A stretch of 35,643 nucleotides of DNA from a virus (IMGVR_UViG_3300049782_000106:1-35643), one strand, 5' to 3'; shown: positions 14,736 through 25,159, numbered from the stretch's first letter. Translations and numbers: made by a program. Notes: generated by a model not told the origin, from the letters alone.

Positions 14736-15706
14736 CAGGCCGCCCAGCGGAGGCAGCGGATGAGGCGGTGCTCAACCTTGGCGGGCTTGTCGGCGCGGAG
14801 TTCGAGCTTGAGCTGGACGCCGTCGGCGAGCCGGCCGGGCCGGGTGAGGGTGACGTGGAGGGTGCCGTCGGGGCCGATGACGCCGCCGTCCATGGGCAGG
14901 TCGTGTGAGGCGCGGCTGGTCGCCACGGTCAGGTCGTGGAAGCGGCCCTCGACGCGGGTGCCGGGCTCGCCGGTGACGGTGACGTAGGCGGTCGCGCTGT
15001 ACGTGCACGGGCCCTGGAGGAGGGCGGTGTCGTCGGCCATGCGGAGCAGCGTCCACACGGACTGCGGGAGTTCCGGCCCGCTGGGCTCGATCTCGGTTAT
15101 CAGCTCGGGCACGGGGTCCTCCTCGACGGGGGCAGGCTGGGGTACGGGGGGTGCGCTGGGCACGGTGACCGGGGTGCCGCCGGCCGCACGCCGGACGATC
15201 TCCGGGAAGACGACGTCCTTGAACTGGCGGACGCGGGCGTCGCCGGGGCATGCCGTGCCGGACACGGCCCAGGCGGAGTGCAGCCGGTGGTAGCCGTAGC
15301 CGGGGTCGTCGTGGGTACGGCAGATCCTGAGGGGGATGTCGTGCCGCTGGTGCAGCCACACCCCGAGCCGGATCAGGGCCTCGAGCTGGGCGTCGGTCCA
15401 CGGGTCGGTGTGCTCGAGGTTCGACGCAGTCTCGATGGACACGGCGCCGGTCCCGTCCGGCCGCCGGTTCGCCAGGTAGTTGGCGTCGGCGCGGGTCTCG
15501 GTACCGATGTACTGGCCGAGGTCGCCTTGGTACCCGAGGCCGAAATGGGAGTCCAAATTGGTGGACTGGGCCCAGTACTCGTACATGCGGCGCGCGGTCC
15601 ACGGGGCGGCGATGCTGTGCAGGATGAACTGCGTCGGCCGGATCGCGGGCTGCGTGTCCGACTCGGGCTGCAGCTCCATCCGGGTCGCAGCGGGATACCA
15701 GGCCAT
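14735..15706 (-). CDS. endolysin, N-acetylmuramoyl-L-alanine amidase (Amidase_2)
   Basis: ILHS, SHF, SIET, GYHR, TACPG zinc-amidase motifs; Pro-rich linker; C-terminal domain. Confidence 0.9.
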   Translation of the reverse strand: MAWYPAATRMELQPESDTQPAIRPTQFILHSIAAPWTARRMYEYWAQSTNLDSHFGLGYQGDLGQYIGTETRADANYLANRRPDGTGAVSIETASNLEHTDPWTDAQLEALIRLGVWLHQRHDIPLRICRTHDDPGYGYHRLHSAWAVSGTACPGDARVRQFKDVVFPEIVRRAAGGTPVTVPSAPPVPQPAPVEEDPVPELITEIEPSGPELPQSVWTLLRMADDTALLQGPCTYSATAYVTVTGEPGTRVEGRFHDLTVATSRASHDLPMDGGVIGPDGTLHVTLTRPGRLADGVQLKLELRADKPAKVEHRLIRCLRWAA

Positions 15707-15766
15707 GGGGCGGCCCCCTTCGGGCATGCGTGATGGCCCCGCGGCGGGGGCTCGGGGCAGGTGGGG

Positions 15767-16390
15767 TCAGATCTCTCTGACGACGAACGACGCGGGGAGG
15801 GTGGTGGAGGCGGTGAGGTCGACGCTGCCGGTGCCGCCCTCGCGGGCGACGAAGACGGTCCACGTCGTCGAGCCGCTGCCGGGGGTGTCGATCCCGTTGG
15901 CCAAGCAGCTATAGCCGGTGTTGGGGGTGGCGGCGTCGACGATGCCGCCTCCGACCTGTGTGGCGGCGGTGGTGGTGCCGCGGCGGATCCGCAGGCCGAG
16001 CCGGTCTCCGCCGACCGTCGACCGGAGCAGGGCGGTGGCCTTGAGTTCGTAGGAGACGCCGGCGCGGGTGGCGAGGGTGACCGACATGCTGGTGGTGACC
16101 TCGCTCGTGGTCGAGGAGGAGCCGGCGGTGACGAGGCTGCTGCCCGTCTGGCCCTTGGCCGGCACCCAGGTTGCGCCGTCGTAGTAGTCGAGCCGGTTGA
16201 CGTCCTGCAGCCAGGTGACCATGCCCTCGACGGGGCTGGTCAGGGTGGCGGACCTGGCGGAGGCGGAGGCGAACCGCATGACGCTGCGGGGGACAAGACC
16301 CGTCGCCAGGCTGCCGATCATCGATTCGAGGTTCGGGGCCTCGCTGTTCTGGTAGAGGGTGATGCTCTGGCCGTAGCTGTCGGTCGCCAC
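15767..16390 (-). CDS. minor tail / tail fibre protein
   Basis: GTG at 16390 with AGGAGG RBS; RFASASARSA..PVEGMVTWLQD..YDGATW motif. Confidence 0.75.
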   Translation of the reverse strand: MATDSYGQSITLYQNSEAPNLESMIGSLATGLVPRSVMRFASASARSATLTSPVEGMVTWLQDVNRLDYYDGATWVPAKGQTGSSLVTAGSSSTTSEVTTSMSVTLATRAGVSYELKATALLRSTVGGDRLGLRIRRGTTTAATQVGGGIVDAATPNTGYSCLANGIDTPGSGSTTWTVFVAREGGTGSVDLTASTTLPASFVVREI

Positions 16391-16398
16391 GGTGCCTC

Positions 16399-17007
16399 CT
16401 ATCGTGCGCGGCCGCGGATGCCGTCGAGCGCGACCCACGACGTGGTGGTGAGGGCGACGGAGCCGTTGGTCAGCGAGACGGTGCCGGTTGAGGGGTCGAT
16501 GCGGATGCGGGCGTAGTTCTGGGCGTTCGATGTGCCGGCGACTCCGGTGATCCACCATGTCGGCAGCAGGCCAGCGGGGACCGTGCCGATGTTGGCGTTC
16601 GCGCCGGCGGCGACCGCGGTGCCTTTGACCATGCCGGACAGCTGCAGTTCCCCGTCGGTGGTGATGCGCACGGCCGGTACGGGGTCGCTCCCGCCGCCGT
16701 TGGCCACCCACGTGCCGAGGAGCGGCAGCGCGGTCCAGCCGTCCCCGGTCGTGGGGACGACCCGGCCGAGGGCTGCGAAGCCGCCGTCGTACTCGACGAG
16801 GTAGACGCGGTCCCCGACCAGGGGTGAGTTGTAGGTGTCCATGCGGCGGGCGACGATCACGCCGATGTTGACGGTGCCGTCGGCGTTGACCGCGGTGACG
16901 GTCGCGGTCTGCATGTCGAGCCGCTGGGACTCGGCGCCCGCGGTGAGGGCCTGCTGCCGGACGGCGTCCGCGAGCTTCTGGGAGAGCGGCCGCGTGCTGG
17001 TCGTCAC
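16399..17007 (-). CDS. minor tail protein
   Basis: N-terminal OB-like ATVTAVNADGTV; C-terminal beta-sandwich (LSGMVK..IGTVPAGLLP..WVALDGI). Confidence 0.75.
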   Translation of the reverse strand: MTTSTRPLSQKLADAVRQQALTAGAESQRLDMQTATVTAVNADGTVNIGVIVARRMDTYNSPLVGDRVYLVEYDGGFAALGRVVPTTGDGWTALPLLGTWVANGGGSDPVPAVRITTDGELQLSGMVKGTAVAAGANANIGTVPAGLLPTWWITGVAGTSNAQNYARIRIDPSTGTVSLTNGSVALTTTSWVALDGIRGRAR

Positions 17008-18092
17008 GAGCCCTCCTTCGCGCTGATCGTGGCGATGGAGAAGTCCCCGCCGCCCCCGAGGTCGATGCTGAAGGAGGCGACCTGGTGGAGCTCGGCGGTG
17101 CCGTCCGGGTAGACGACGCGCAGCACATCGCCCGGCTCCAGGGCCGGGTTAGCCAGGGACCGGAGGGAGGCGGTTGCGTTCGGTGCCGTCTGCTGCCGCA
17201 GGAGCAGGGTTGCTGCCGATGTGCAGGCGCCGACCGTGGTGAGGGTGCTGCTGGAGTAGAAGTATGGGCGCCGGCCGTAGGGGCCCGACCAGTACGTCGG
17301 CGAGGCCGGGTCGCTGTCCACGACGAGCGCCGACACTGGCGACGTGTTCGACTCGCTGTTCTCGCCTCGGGCGTGGACTCCGTTGTAGACGTTGTCGCTG
17401 GTCATGCCGCGTGAGGCGGAGATGTACACGCCGTGGTCGCCGGCGGCGACGGTCCATGCGGGCGTGGTGGTGAGCAAGTCGGGGAGCTCGGCGATGACGA
17501 AGGATCCGTTCGCGTCGCAGTACACCTCGGCGCCGATCGCCGCACCGATCTCCGTGATCGCGGCCCAGGGGTCGCCCTCGATGTCCCAGGTGCGGGCGCC
17601 GATCGCTGCGTCGACGGCCCTGTTGATGACGGAGGCCGAGGGCAGGGACCGCTGGATGAGGGCGGTGATGGCGGCTACCGCGGTGCCGGACGCCCGGTAC
17701 GGGGTGGTGAACCGATCGTCGGCGATGACGCACTCGAGGGACTTGCCGCTGATGGTGACGGGGCCTTCGTCGACGTCGCCCTCGACGGAGTCCACACGGA
17801 ACACGCCGGCCGGCACCGTCTCCCGGTAGGCGCCGACCTCCACCCCGGCGGCGATCCGCAGCTGCGAGCCATACACCGAGAGCTGGTCACCGAGGCTGCG
17901 CGGGATGAGCGCCGGGTCGGCAAGGGTGACGGTGCACGTCCGTCGGCTCTGATTCTTTCGGTCGACGCTGACGGACCCGCCGGTGATCTCCAGCTGCTCG
18001 ACGGCGCCGGTCGTCAGGTACAGGGCCACTTCGGCGACGGGTGTGTGGGACTCGGCCAGCGTCTGCAGGAACCGGTCCGTCACCGTGTACAT
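17004..18092 (-). CDS. baseplate hub / Tal-like minor tail protein (DUF5047-like)
   Basis: ATG at 18092 overlaps the Dit stop; ITGGSVSVDR..RRTCTV, YNGVHARGE, NPALEPGDV. Confidence 0.8.
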   Translation of the reverse strand: MYTVTDRFLQTLAESHTPVAEVALYLTTGAVEQLEITGGSVSVDRKNQSRRTCTVTLADPALIPRSLGDQLSVYGSQLRIAAGVEVGAYRETVPAGVFRVDSVEGDVDEGPVTISGKSLECVIADDRFTTPYRASGTAVAAITALIQRSLPSASVINRAVDAAIGARTWDIEGDPWAAITEIGAAIGAEVYCDANGSFVIAELPDLLTTTPAWTVAAGDHGVYISASRGMTSDNVYNGVHARGENSESNTSPVSALVVDSDPASPTYWSGPYGRRPYFYSSSTLTTVGACTSAATLLLRQQTAPNATASLRSLANPALEPGDVLRVVYPDGTAELHQVASFSIDLGGGGDFSIATISAKEGS

Positions 18093-20326
18093 CAGGACGC
18101 CCTTCCGAACAGGAGATCCTCGCCGGTGGCGTACCGCTCCAGCACTTCGAACCCGGTCGAGTTCTCGGCGAGGACGTCGTAGCCGGTCCGCCCGGCCGAG
18201 GAGGCTACGCCGACCGTGGTCGGCATGGCGACCTGGGTGAGCGGCAGCGTCCACTGCCGGAACGGGTCGCTGGCGACACCTCCGCCGCGGGCCTCCGTGA
18301 TGGCGCCGACAGCGACGTACATGTCGCTGACGCCGTGGCCGGGGGCGGCCTGCCACAGCAGGATGCTCCCGGGATCCAGCAGGTAGTGCAGAGCGTGCCG
18401 CTGGTCGTCGGACTCCGTGTAGATGGCGAGGTCGCCCTCCAGGCTGCCGCGCACATCGGACAGGACGACCGGGTCGCGTCGCCCGCGGACGCGATGCGCG
18501 GTCTGCGCGATCGACCGCTGCCAGTCCGGGCCCTTCGCCACCAGCACCCGCATGTTCCGCAGCGGGTTGCCGGGGTCCTTCAGCCACGCGTACTGCGGGT
18601 CGCCGGGGTCGAGCTGCACCGTGTCCGTCGCCCGGGTGGACACCACCGTGCCGGAGGAGTTCCGCGCTTCGGCGTAGTAGTACACGTCCGTGCCGAGGGG
18701 CGCCTCGTAGTCCTCGATGACCAGCACGTCCGAGGTCAGCGTCTCGTCCTCGATGAGGCCGCTCGTGCCGCGGACCAGCGTGCGGGCGCCACTGCTGTCG
18801 ACCCGCCACACGGTGATGGTGTGGCCGACGGTCAGCTCCCGCAGCGTCACCGTGATGTACGCGTCGTCGTCGTGCGCTTCGATCTCGTCGAGCGGCAGGG
18901 ACTGCCACAGGGCGGCACGGTCCAGGCGCAGCACTGACGACACCGAGGTCACGGTCAGGGACCATTCAATCGCCGCCTGCGTGGCGTTCGCCGGGGCGGT
19001 GTGCTGGCTCGACAGGTACCACCAGCCCGAGCCGGGTACTGCCGCGGACGAGCCGGACGACAGGCCCAGGTCGGCGTTGGAGGCGTCGTAGAAGCGGATC
19101 CCGCGCACCAGGTTCCAGCCGCCCGCGCTCACCTTGGCGCCGATTTCGGCGGTGAAGTCCAGGCCGGCCGCCGAGGAACCGATCGGGAAGCGCGCGGAGC
19201 GGATCACTGACGTGGTCGCGGTCGCGGAGGTGACGGTCATGGCGTAGGAGCCGTCGAGCCCGTCGGTTCCCCACGGGGTGAGCCGGGCCAGCGTGGCCAC
19301 ACCGGAGGCGACCGTCCAGCCGGCCACCCCGGCCTCGAAGCTCGCGTCGGCGTAGGGCACGACGCTGCCCTCGCGCATGGGGGGCGCCGGCTTGATGACG
19401 GCGCCGTCGATGCGGAGGATCTGGCCCGCGGTGCCGGCGGTGATGCCCGCGGCGAGGGCCGCGTACACGGCGCCCGCCGGGGCGACCGCGCTGACGATCT
19501 GCCGGTAGTAGCCCGTGCCGGGCGCGGCCAGCACCGACTGCGTGGCCGCCACCTGCACGAAGCTGGCGTCGTAGAAGCGCAGCTCCACCCAGGTCGTCGA
19601 GCCGGCGGTCGGCGGGCTGAGGTAGGCGTAGCCGATGTACTCGGTGCCCGGGGTCACCGGCGGCCAGTCCGTTGTCCTGGTCCACGCGTTGCCGCCCGCG
19701 GTGACGGTCATCGCCAGGACATGCCCGCCGCCCAGGTAGAAGTCGACCGGCCACTGCACCGGCGGAGTCTGCCGGGCGAGGGTGCAGTTGTTCTCCGGGT
19801 GCCACAGCAGTGTCGGCGCCTCGATGCCCTCAGCGTCCGCGCTGAGCAGGTTGCCCGTCGTTCGCATCGGGGCGCCCAAGTACACGTTCTCGAAGTGCTG
19901 GATCACCCCGGCGCCCGCGGGCGTGACCGCAGAGACCACGACCTGGACGTAGGCCGCGGTCGCAGGGGCGTAGTCCGACACGGCGATCCGGTGCCACGAC
20001 GACGACGCCGACGACGTCGTCACCGACCAGGAGATGGAGATCTCCGCGAACGTGGAGGTGAGCCAGCGCAGGCCGATACGGTCCGGCACCGTCGCGCCGG
20101 ACGCGTCACAGAAGGCCTGGTACTCCTGCCAGGGGGTGACGGGGTAGGAGTTGATGGTGCGGGCCTGCATCTCGCCGGCGGCGGACGACGACAGCCGGAG
20201 CGTGCCGTCGCCGTTCCGCCCGCCCGTGCCGGTGCTGATGGTGCAGTTGAGCTTGGCGACCCAGCCGGCCGTCGCCGGGTCCGCCTGCTCCGTCGCCAGC
20301 GACAGAAGGTTCCCGGGGATCGCCAT
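18092..20326 (-). CDS. distal tail protein (Dit-like) with three CBM-like N-terminal modules
   Basis: Follows the tape measure gene; repeated NLL..W..VTPG.EY..LRFYD modules; C-terminal DYEAPLG..WLKDP. Confidence 0.7.
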   Translation of the reverse strand: MAIPGNLLSLATEQADPATAGWVAKLNCTISTGTGGRNGDGTLRLSSSAAGEMQARTINSYPVTPWQEYQAFCDASGATVPDRIGLRWLTSTFAEISISWSVTTSSASSSWHRIAVSDYAPATAAYVQVVVSAVTPAGAGVIQHFENVYLGAPMRTTGNLLSADAEGIEAPTLLWHPENNCTLARQTPPVQWPVDFYLGGGHVLAMTVTAGGNAWTRTTDWPPVTPGTEYIGYAYLSPPTAGSTTWVELRFYDASFVQVAATQSVLAAPGTGYYRQIVSAVAPAGAVYAALAAGITAGTAGQILRIDGAVIKPAPPMREGSVVPYADASFEAGVAGWTVASGVATLARLTPWGTDGLDGSYAMTVTSATATTSVIRSARFPIGSSAAGLDFTAEIGAKVSAGGWNLVRGIRFYDASNADLGLSSGSSAAVPGSGWWYLSSQHTAPANATQAAIEWSLTVTSVSSVLRLDRAALWQSLPLDEIEAHDDDAYITVTLRELTVGHTITVWRVDSSGARTLVRGTSGLIEDETLTSDVLVIEDYEAPLGTDVYYYAEARNSSGTVVSTRATDTVQLDPGDPQYAWLKDPGNPLRNMRVLVAKGPDWQRSIAQTAHRVRGRRDPVVLSDVRGSLEGDLAIYTESDDQRHALHYLLDPGSILLWQAAPGHGVSDMYVAVGAITEARGGGVASDPFRQWTLPLTQVAMPTTVGVASSAGRTGYDVLAENSTGFEVLERYATGEDLLFGRAS

Positions 20327-20329
20327 ACA

Positions 20330-23300
20330 TCACCTCCGCTGAGCGATAGTCGTGACGACGGGGGTGAGCGCGGCGTCGACACGGTTGTCTGCCCGGCGGT
20401 CGACATAGCCGTGGAACTCCTGGCCGTCGACCACGAGCGTCAGCCGGTCCCCTGGCTGTAGCCCGCTGGGTGCGGCGGCGCGGGAGAATAGGGCGTTGGC
20501 CTGCTGAGTGGTGAAGACGGGCTCAGGCCGGCCGGTGCCGTTGTAGGCCAGGTTCAGCCCGGGCTGGAGGTAGCCCCCGGCGTCGTACTTGCCGGGCCGG
20601 AAGCCGTACCAGGAGTTGAACAGCTTGTTGTTGTAGGCGCGGGCCCGCTTGCCGACGACGACACCGTCACCGCCCCTGCTTTCGACGTTGACGCCGCCGA
20701 GGGTGCCGGCGGTATGGCCGACACCGGCGTGGGTGATGCCGACCCGGAACGGGCTGTCGCCGTTCCGGACCCATCCCGGTGGGATGCCGCCGTTGAACGC
20801 GTGCGTGGACCAGCGGCGGTGCGGCTTCTGCCCGCGGATGACGGACTCGATCGCCGACATGAAGCCGGAGCAGTCCCAGCTGGGGTTGCCGTTGCCGCCC
20901 CACTGGTAGGGGAGCCCGTCTTGGGTGCGGGCCCACTTCAGGGCGGCCTGGATGCGGGGCCCGCCGAGCCCGCCACCACCGCGCCGGTCAGCCTCCTTGC
21001 CGTAGCCGAAGATCGCGTCGAGGATCCGGTTGGGGATGCGGCGGATCATCTTGCCGAAGGTGGTCTCGGCGCCGGGGAAGGACTTCAGCAGCGGGTCGAC
21101 GACGTTGGTGACGCCGGCCCGGGCGGAGGCCTCCAGGGTGTCCTTCAGCCAGTTGGCGCCCTTCTTGACGGTCTCCCACGCCTTGGACCCGACGCCGGCG
21201 ACGGTCTTGCCGACCCAGCTGAAGATGCCGCCGTCGGCAAACCGCTGCACAGGGGTGTCGGGGTTGCCGCCCAGCGCCGGCGCCAGGGCGGCCTTGACAC
21301 CTTGGGCACCCCGCGTGGTGGCGATGCGGTTCATGCTGGAGACGAACCCGGCGCCCACCGCACGGGTGAACTCGGGACGCATGATCGCCTCACCGCCGGA
21401 CAGTTCCAGGCCTCCACCGGTGGGAGAGTAGAACCGGTGGACATCCTTGCCCGGGGTGTAGCCGGGCAGGACACCGCCGGTCGCCCAGCCCTCCAGGCTC
21501 ATCTTCTTGATCTCCGGTGCACCGAACGCCCCGGCGACCAGGTTCCACACAGGGACGATGCCGCTGTTGTAGACCTTGTCGATCACGAACTTGACCGGGA
21601 CCTTCGCGATGTCGGCGACCTTGTCCCAGGCCTTCTTGATGAACCCTCGTGCGGTGTCGAAGCTGTCGGCGACAGCCTTGATGCCGCTCTTGATGTTGTC
21701 GAACGCGGGTTTGAGCGCCTTGTCGTAGACCCAGCGGCCCTTGTCGGCGATCCAGGTGAAGACGGGGGCGATGCCCTTGTCCCACAGCCATACGGCGGCG
21801 TCACGCACCAGACGGATGCCGCTCTTGATGTTGTCGAACGCGGGCTTCAGCATGTTCTGCCACAGCCACACGCCGGCCGCAGCGATGCCCCGGAACGCCG
21901 GACGGATGCCGTTCTCCCACACCCACCGCGCCATGGCCGCCACGCCGCGCATGCCGCCGACGGTGCTGTCGAAGGCGGGCTTGAGGAGGTTGGTCCACAG
22001 CCACCTGGCTCCTGCGCCGATGGCAGCGAAGACCGGCTTGAGGATGTTGTCCCACAGCCAGCTGGCGACCGCGGCGATGCCCTTGGCGGCCACGTAGAAC
22101 GGCAGGACCAGGACGGTGAAGATGAGCGTGCCGAGGATCCGCGCCCCAAGGGCGATGCCGGAGAAGACCGGGGAGAGCGTCTGCCACAGCCAGACGGCCC
22201 AGCCGCCGACCGTCCGCAGCCCTGAGGCGATGCCGTCGAACGCCGGCTTGATGACCGACTCCCACGCCCATTTGACGGCGTTCTTGATGCCGTCCCAGAC
22301 CGCCTGGATCGCGTCGCGGAACCACTCGAAGCGCTTATAGCAGTAGACGATCGCTGCGACGACGGCCACGATCGCCCAGATGATGAGCATGATCGGGTTG
22401 GCGTTCCACACGAGGTTGAACAGGAACAGGGCCAGCGTCCACAGCTTGGTGGCGATGAACGCCAGGTACAGGCCCTGGATGAGCCACGGAAGGGTCTCGG
22501 CGATATTCGAGATCCCTCGGAAGAGGGCGGCGATGGCCAGCAGGATCGGGCCGGATATCGGCGCCAGCGCCTGTGCCACCTCGTAGAAACCGCTGCCGAT
22601 GTCGCGGAGGGCCCGCGCGAGGATCGGTCCCATCTCGGCCGAGTAGGCCAGGAACCGTTCGAACCGCTCGGACCCCTTGAGGTTGGTGCCCCACTCGGCG
22701 AACCGGCCGGTGATCGACTGCATCCGGCCCGAGATGGAGTCCATGTGGGGCAGGAAGGCATCGATGACGCCTGCCATGCCCTTGAAGATTCGGCCGAACG
22801 CGATGCCCAGCCCGGTGATCGCAGGGCCGACGGAGCCGGCGAGCTCGTCGCGGAACTGGCGCCACCACGGGCTCTTGAAGCCGGCCGACACCCGATCCTG
22901 CAGGCCGCTGATCGCGTCCGCAGCCGCGGTCACGAACGGGGTGAGCCCGGGCAGGGAGTTCTTCAGCCCGTTGATCGCCCGGGTGAAGATCGGCATGACC
23001 GCGGGCTGCAGCGACTTCGCCCAGCCGGAGAACGCCGTGCGCAGCGACTGGATCGCGTCGAACGTGTCGCGCGCCGACGGTGACAGCTTGGCCAGCGCCT
23101 GCTGGTACTTGGTCTGTGCGATGGCAGCCTGATCAACCCCTCCGGCCGCTGACAGCGACGCGGAGGCGATCTGGCGCTGCGCTGAGGCTACAGCGTCGGC
23201 GGCGTTCTGCTGGGCTACGGCAACGTTCTCCGTCGCTTCGCTGACCCGCTCCTGGGCCTGTGCCACCTGCCGGGCGGTCTCGACCTGCGTGCGGGCAGCG

Positions 23301-25159
23301 TCCTCCTGAGCGTCGCGTACCGCGCGGGCCCGGTCGGCGACCTGCTCCTGGGCCTGGGCGAGCCGGTCCTGCGCGGAGCGGACCGTGTCCGACCCTTCGA
23401 CACCGGCCTTGTTCGCGGCTGTGGTCTCGTCCTTGAGCCGCTTGGTCTCGGTGGTCTGCTCCTGCAGACGTTGGACGGCCTGCTCGTAGGCGAGCTGGGC
23501 CCGCGCGACGTCCAGCTTGGTGGCCTTGCTGCCCTGGGCGCGGACCGTGTTGAGCTGAGCCTGCGCCTCCTGGACTCCCAGTGCCGCGTCCCGCTGGGAG
23601 AGCTGGGCGCCGGCAAGCCGGGTGTTGAGGTCCTCCAGCTCGAGTGCCGCCTCCCGGCGGGCATCGGTGAGATCCTGCTGGGCCCGCTTGGCGTCCTGCT
23701 GGCTGCGGGCCAGGGACCGCTCGGCGTCCTCGATCGCCCGGGCCGCCGCAGCGTTGCGCTGCGCGGCCTGCACGACGGCGTCCGCCGCGGCGGCGCGCGC
23801 CTGGCGGACCTGCTGCTGCGCCTGGGTGATCTGCCGGGCCCCGTTGCGCTCGGCGGTGGCCAGGGCTTGCTGGGCGCCGGCCATCTGCAGGGCCTGGGCT
23901 GCCGCCTGGCTGGCGGCCTGCCCGCCCTTCAGCGTCGCGGTAGTAGCAGCGTCCTGGGCCTGCTTCTGCGCCTGCAGGGCGCCGAAGATGCCGACGAACG
24001 CGGGCACCGCGACGGCGACCAGCGCGCCGACGCCCACGCTCGCCGCCACGCCCGCCGCGGCGATGGAGCCCAGCGCCGCGGCCGCCACGGGGACGGCCGG
24101 GATGACCGCCACGGCACCGAGCGCGGCGGACAGCTGGAACAGCGCCGACAATGCCTGGGTGGCATTGACGTTGGTGTTGATGTTGATGCGGCGGCGGTCC
24201 AGCCGGTTCACCAGCGTCTGGATCGCGGCCAGCTGAGCGGCCGCAGCGGCGGCGTCGACCCGGACCGCGATGTCCGCGTCGGATGCCGACAGGGCGGTCA
24301 GGCGCGCCTCGATCGCGGAAATCTGCGCGTGTGCTGCGGCGGCGTCGATGTCGATGCCGATGCGCTGGTCGGCGAGCGTCCCCAGCGCCGCCCTCAGGCG
24401 GGCCAGCTCCACCTCGGCCGCGGTGGTGTCCGCCCCGATGTTGATGTTCGGCAGGGATGCCTGCGCCTGCTGCACCGCGGCCCGCAGTCGCTGCCCGAAG
24501 GAGCCGTCCGTCTCGACCCGGATGCGGGCCGGGTCGGCGGAGATCCGGTCGATCTCCTCACGGAGGGCCTGCAGCTCGGTGACCGCCCGGGCCGTGTCGG
24601 CCCGTACCGCGATGTTGGGGTGCGCCGCGCCGATGCGGCGCAGCCGTTCTTCGATGTCCTCCGCCTCGGCCCTGGCCGTGGCGGCGTCGATGTCGATGCC
24701 GACCGTTTTGTTGGACAGGGTCTCCAGCCGGGCCCGCAGCCGGGCCAGGTCGGCGTCGACTCCGGTGTCGGACAGCCGCACGTCCAGATGCGGCATGGAG
24801 CGGAAGGCGGCCTCCAGGTGGGTGCGCAGGCTGCGGGCGAACGCGCCGCCGGTCTGCTGCCCCTGCCGGACGGCGCTGCGCCGTGCGCGGTCCCCGCCCT
24901 CGTCCACGCCGCGGCGGATGGAGTCGCGCAGGGACTGGGTGAGGCGGTTGGCGATCTGCTCGCCGATCTCTTGCCCGATCCGCAGGCCGGCACCCGAGAC
25001 GCGGGAGCGCATCGCGTCCTGGAACTCGCGGCCGGCAGCGTCACCGGCGTCGCGCCCGGCGCGCCGGGCGGCTGGCTCGAGACCGGCCCGCAGGCGGGTG
25101 TAGATGCCGCGGGTGTTGGGGACGACATCGACCTCAACGGACCCCACTTGGATCGCCAC
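20330..25159 (-). CDS. tape measure protein with an NlpC/P60-like C-terminal domain
   Basis: 1609 aa; Ala/Gln coiled coil, TM region, Trp-periodic repeats; PYQWGG..DCSG..GHTAG. Confidence 0.95.
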   Translation of the reverse strand: MAIQVGSVEVDVVPNTRGIYTRLRAGLEPAARRAGRDAGDAAGREFQDAMRSRVSGAGLRIGQEIGEQIANRLTQSLRDSIRRGVDEGGDRARRSAVRQGQQTGGAFARSLRTHLEAAFRSMPHLDVRLSDTGVDADLARLRARLETLSNKTVGIDIDAATARAEAEDIEERLRRIGAAHPNIAVRADTARAVTELQALREEIDRISADPARIRVETDGSFGQRLRAAVQQAQASLPNINIGADTTAAEVELARLRAALGTLADQRIGIDIDAAAAHAQISAIEARLTALSASDADIAVRVDAAAAAAQLAAIQTLVNRLDRRRININTNVNATQALSALFQLSAALGAVAVIPAVPVAAAALGSIAAAGVAASVGVGALVAVAVPAFVGIFGALQAQKQAQDAATTATLKGGQAASQAAAQALQMAGAQQALATAERNGARQITQAQQQVRQARAAAADAVVQAAQRNAAAARAIEDAERSLARSQQDAKRAQQDLTDARREAALELEDLNTRLAGAQLSQRDAALGVQEAQAQLNTVRAQGSKATKLDVARAQLAYEQAVQRLQEQTTETKRLKDETTAANKAGVEGSDTVRSAQDRLAQAQEQVADRARAVRDAQEDAARTQVETARQVAQAQERVSEATENVAVAQQNAADAVASAQRQIASASLSAAGGVDQAAIAQTKYQQALAKLSPSARDTFDAIQSLRTAFSGWAKSLQPAVMPIFTRAINGLKNSLPGLTPFVTAAADAISGLQDRVSAGFKSPWWRQFRDELAGSVGPAITGLGIAFGRIFKGMAGVIDAFLPHMDSISGRMQSITGRFAEWGTNLKGSERFERFLAYSAEMGPILARALRDIGSGFYEVAQALAPISGPILLAIAALFRGISNIAETLPWLIQGLYLAFIATKLWTLALFLFNLVWNANPIMLIIWAIVAVVAAIVYCYKRFEWFRDAIQAVWDGIKNAVKWAWESVIKPAFDGIASGLRTVGGWAVWLWQTLSPVFSGIALGARILGTLIFTVLVLPFYVAAKGIAAVASWLWDNILKPVFAAIGAGARWLWTNLLKPAFDSTVGGMRGVAAMARWVWENGIRPAFRGIAAAGVWLWQNMLKPAFDNIKSGIRLVRDAAVWLWDKGIAPVFTWIADKGRWVYDKALKPAFDNIKSGIKAVADSFDTARGFIKKAWDKVADIAKVPVKFVIDKVYNSGIVPVWNLVAGAFGAPEIKKMSLEGWATGGVLPGYTPGKDVHRFYSPTGGGLELSGGEAIMRPEFTRAVGAGFVSSMNRIATTRGAQGVKAALAPALGGNPDTPVQRFADGGIFSWVGKTVAGVGSKAWETVKKGANWLKDTLEASARAGVTNVVDPLLKSFPGAETTFGKMIRRIPNRILDAIFGYGKEADRRGGGGLGGPRIQAALKWARTQDGLPYQWGGNGNPSWDCSGFMSAIESVIRGQKPHRRWSTHAFNGGIPPGWVRNGDSPFRVGITHAGVGHTAGTLGGVNVESRGGDGVVVGKRARAYNNKLFNSWYGFRPGKYDAGGYLQPGLNLAYNGTGRPEPVFTTQQANALFSRAAAPSGLQPGDRLTLVVDGQEFHGYVDRRADNRVDAALTPVVTTIAQRR

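Noticed and set aside
11446-17007. Invertase-driven tail-fibre shufflon
   Set aside because: No inverted crossover sites or alternative fibre cassettes seen around the tail genes
15767-18965. Extended 5' ends in the ORF track (17128, 18965; also 1595, 2264, 10011, 12144)
   Set aside because: The extensions overlap upstream genes or regulatory DNA; internal starts have RBS or coupling support
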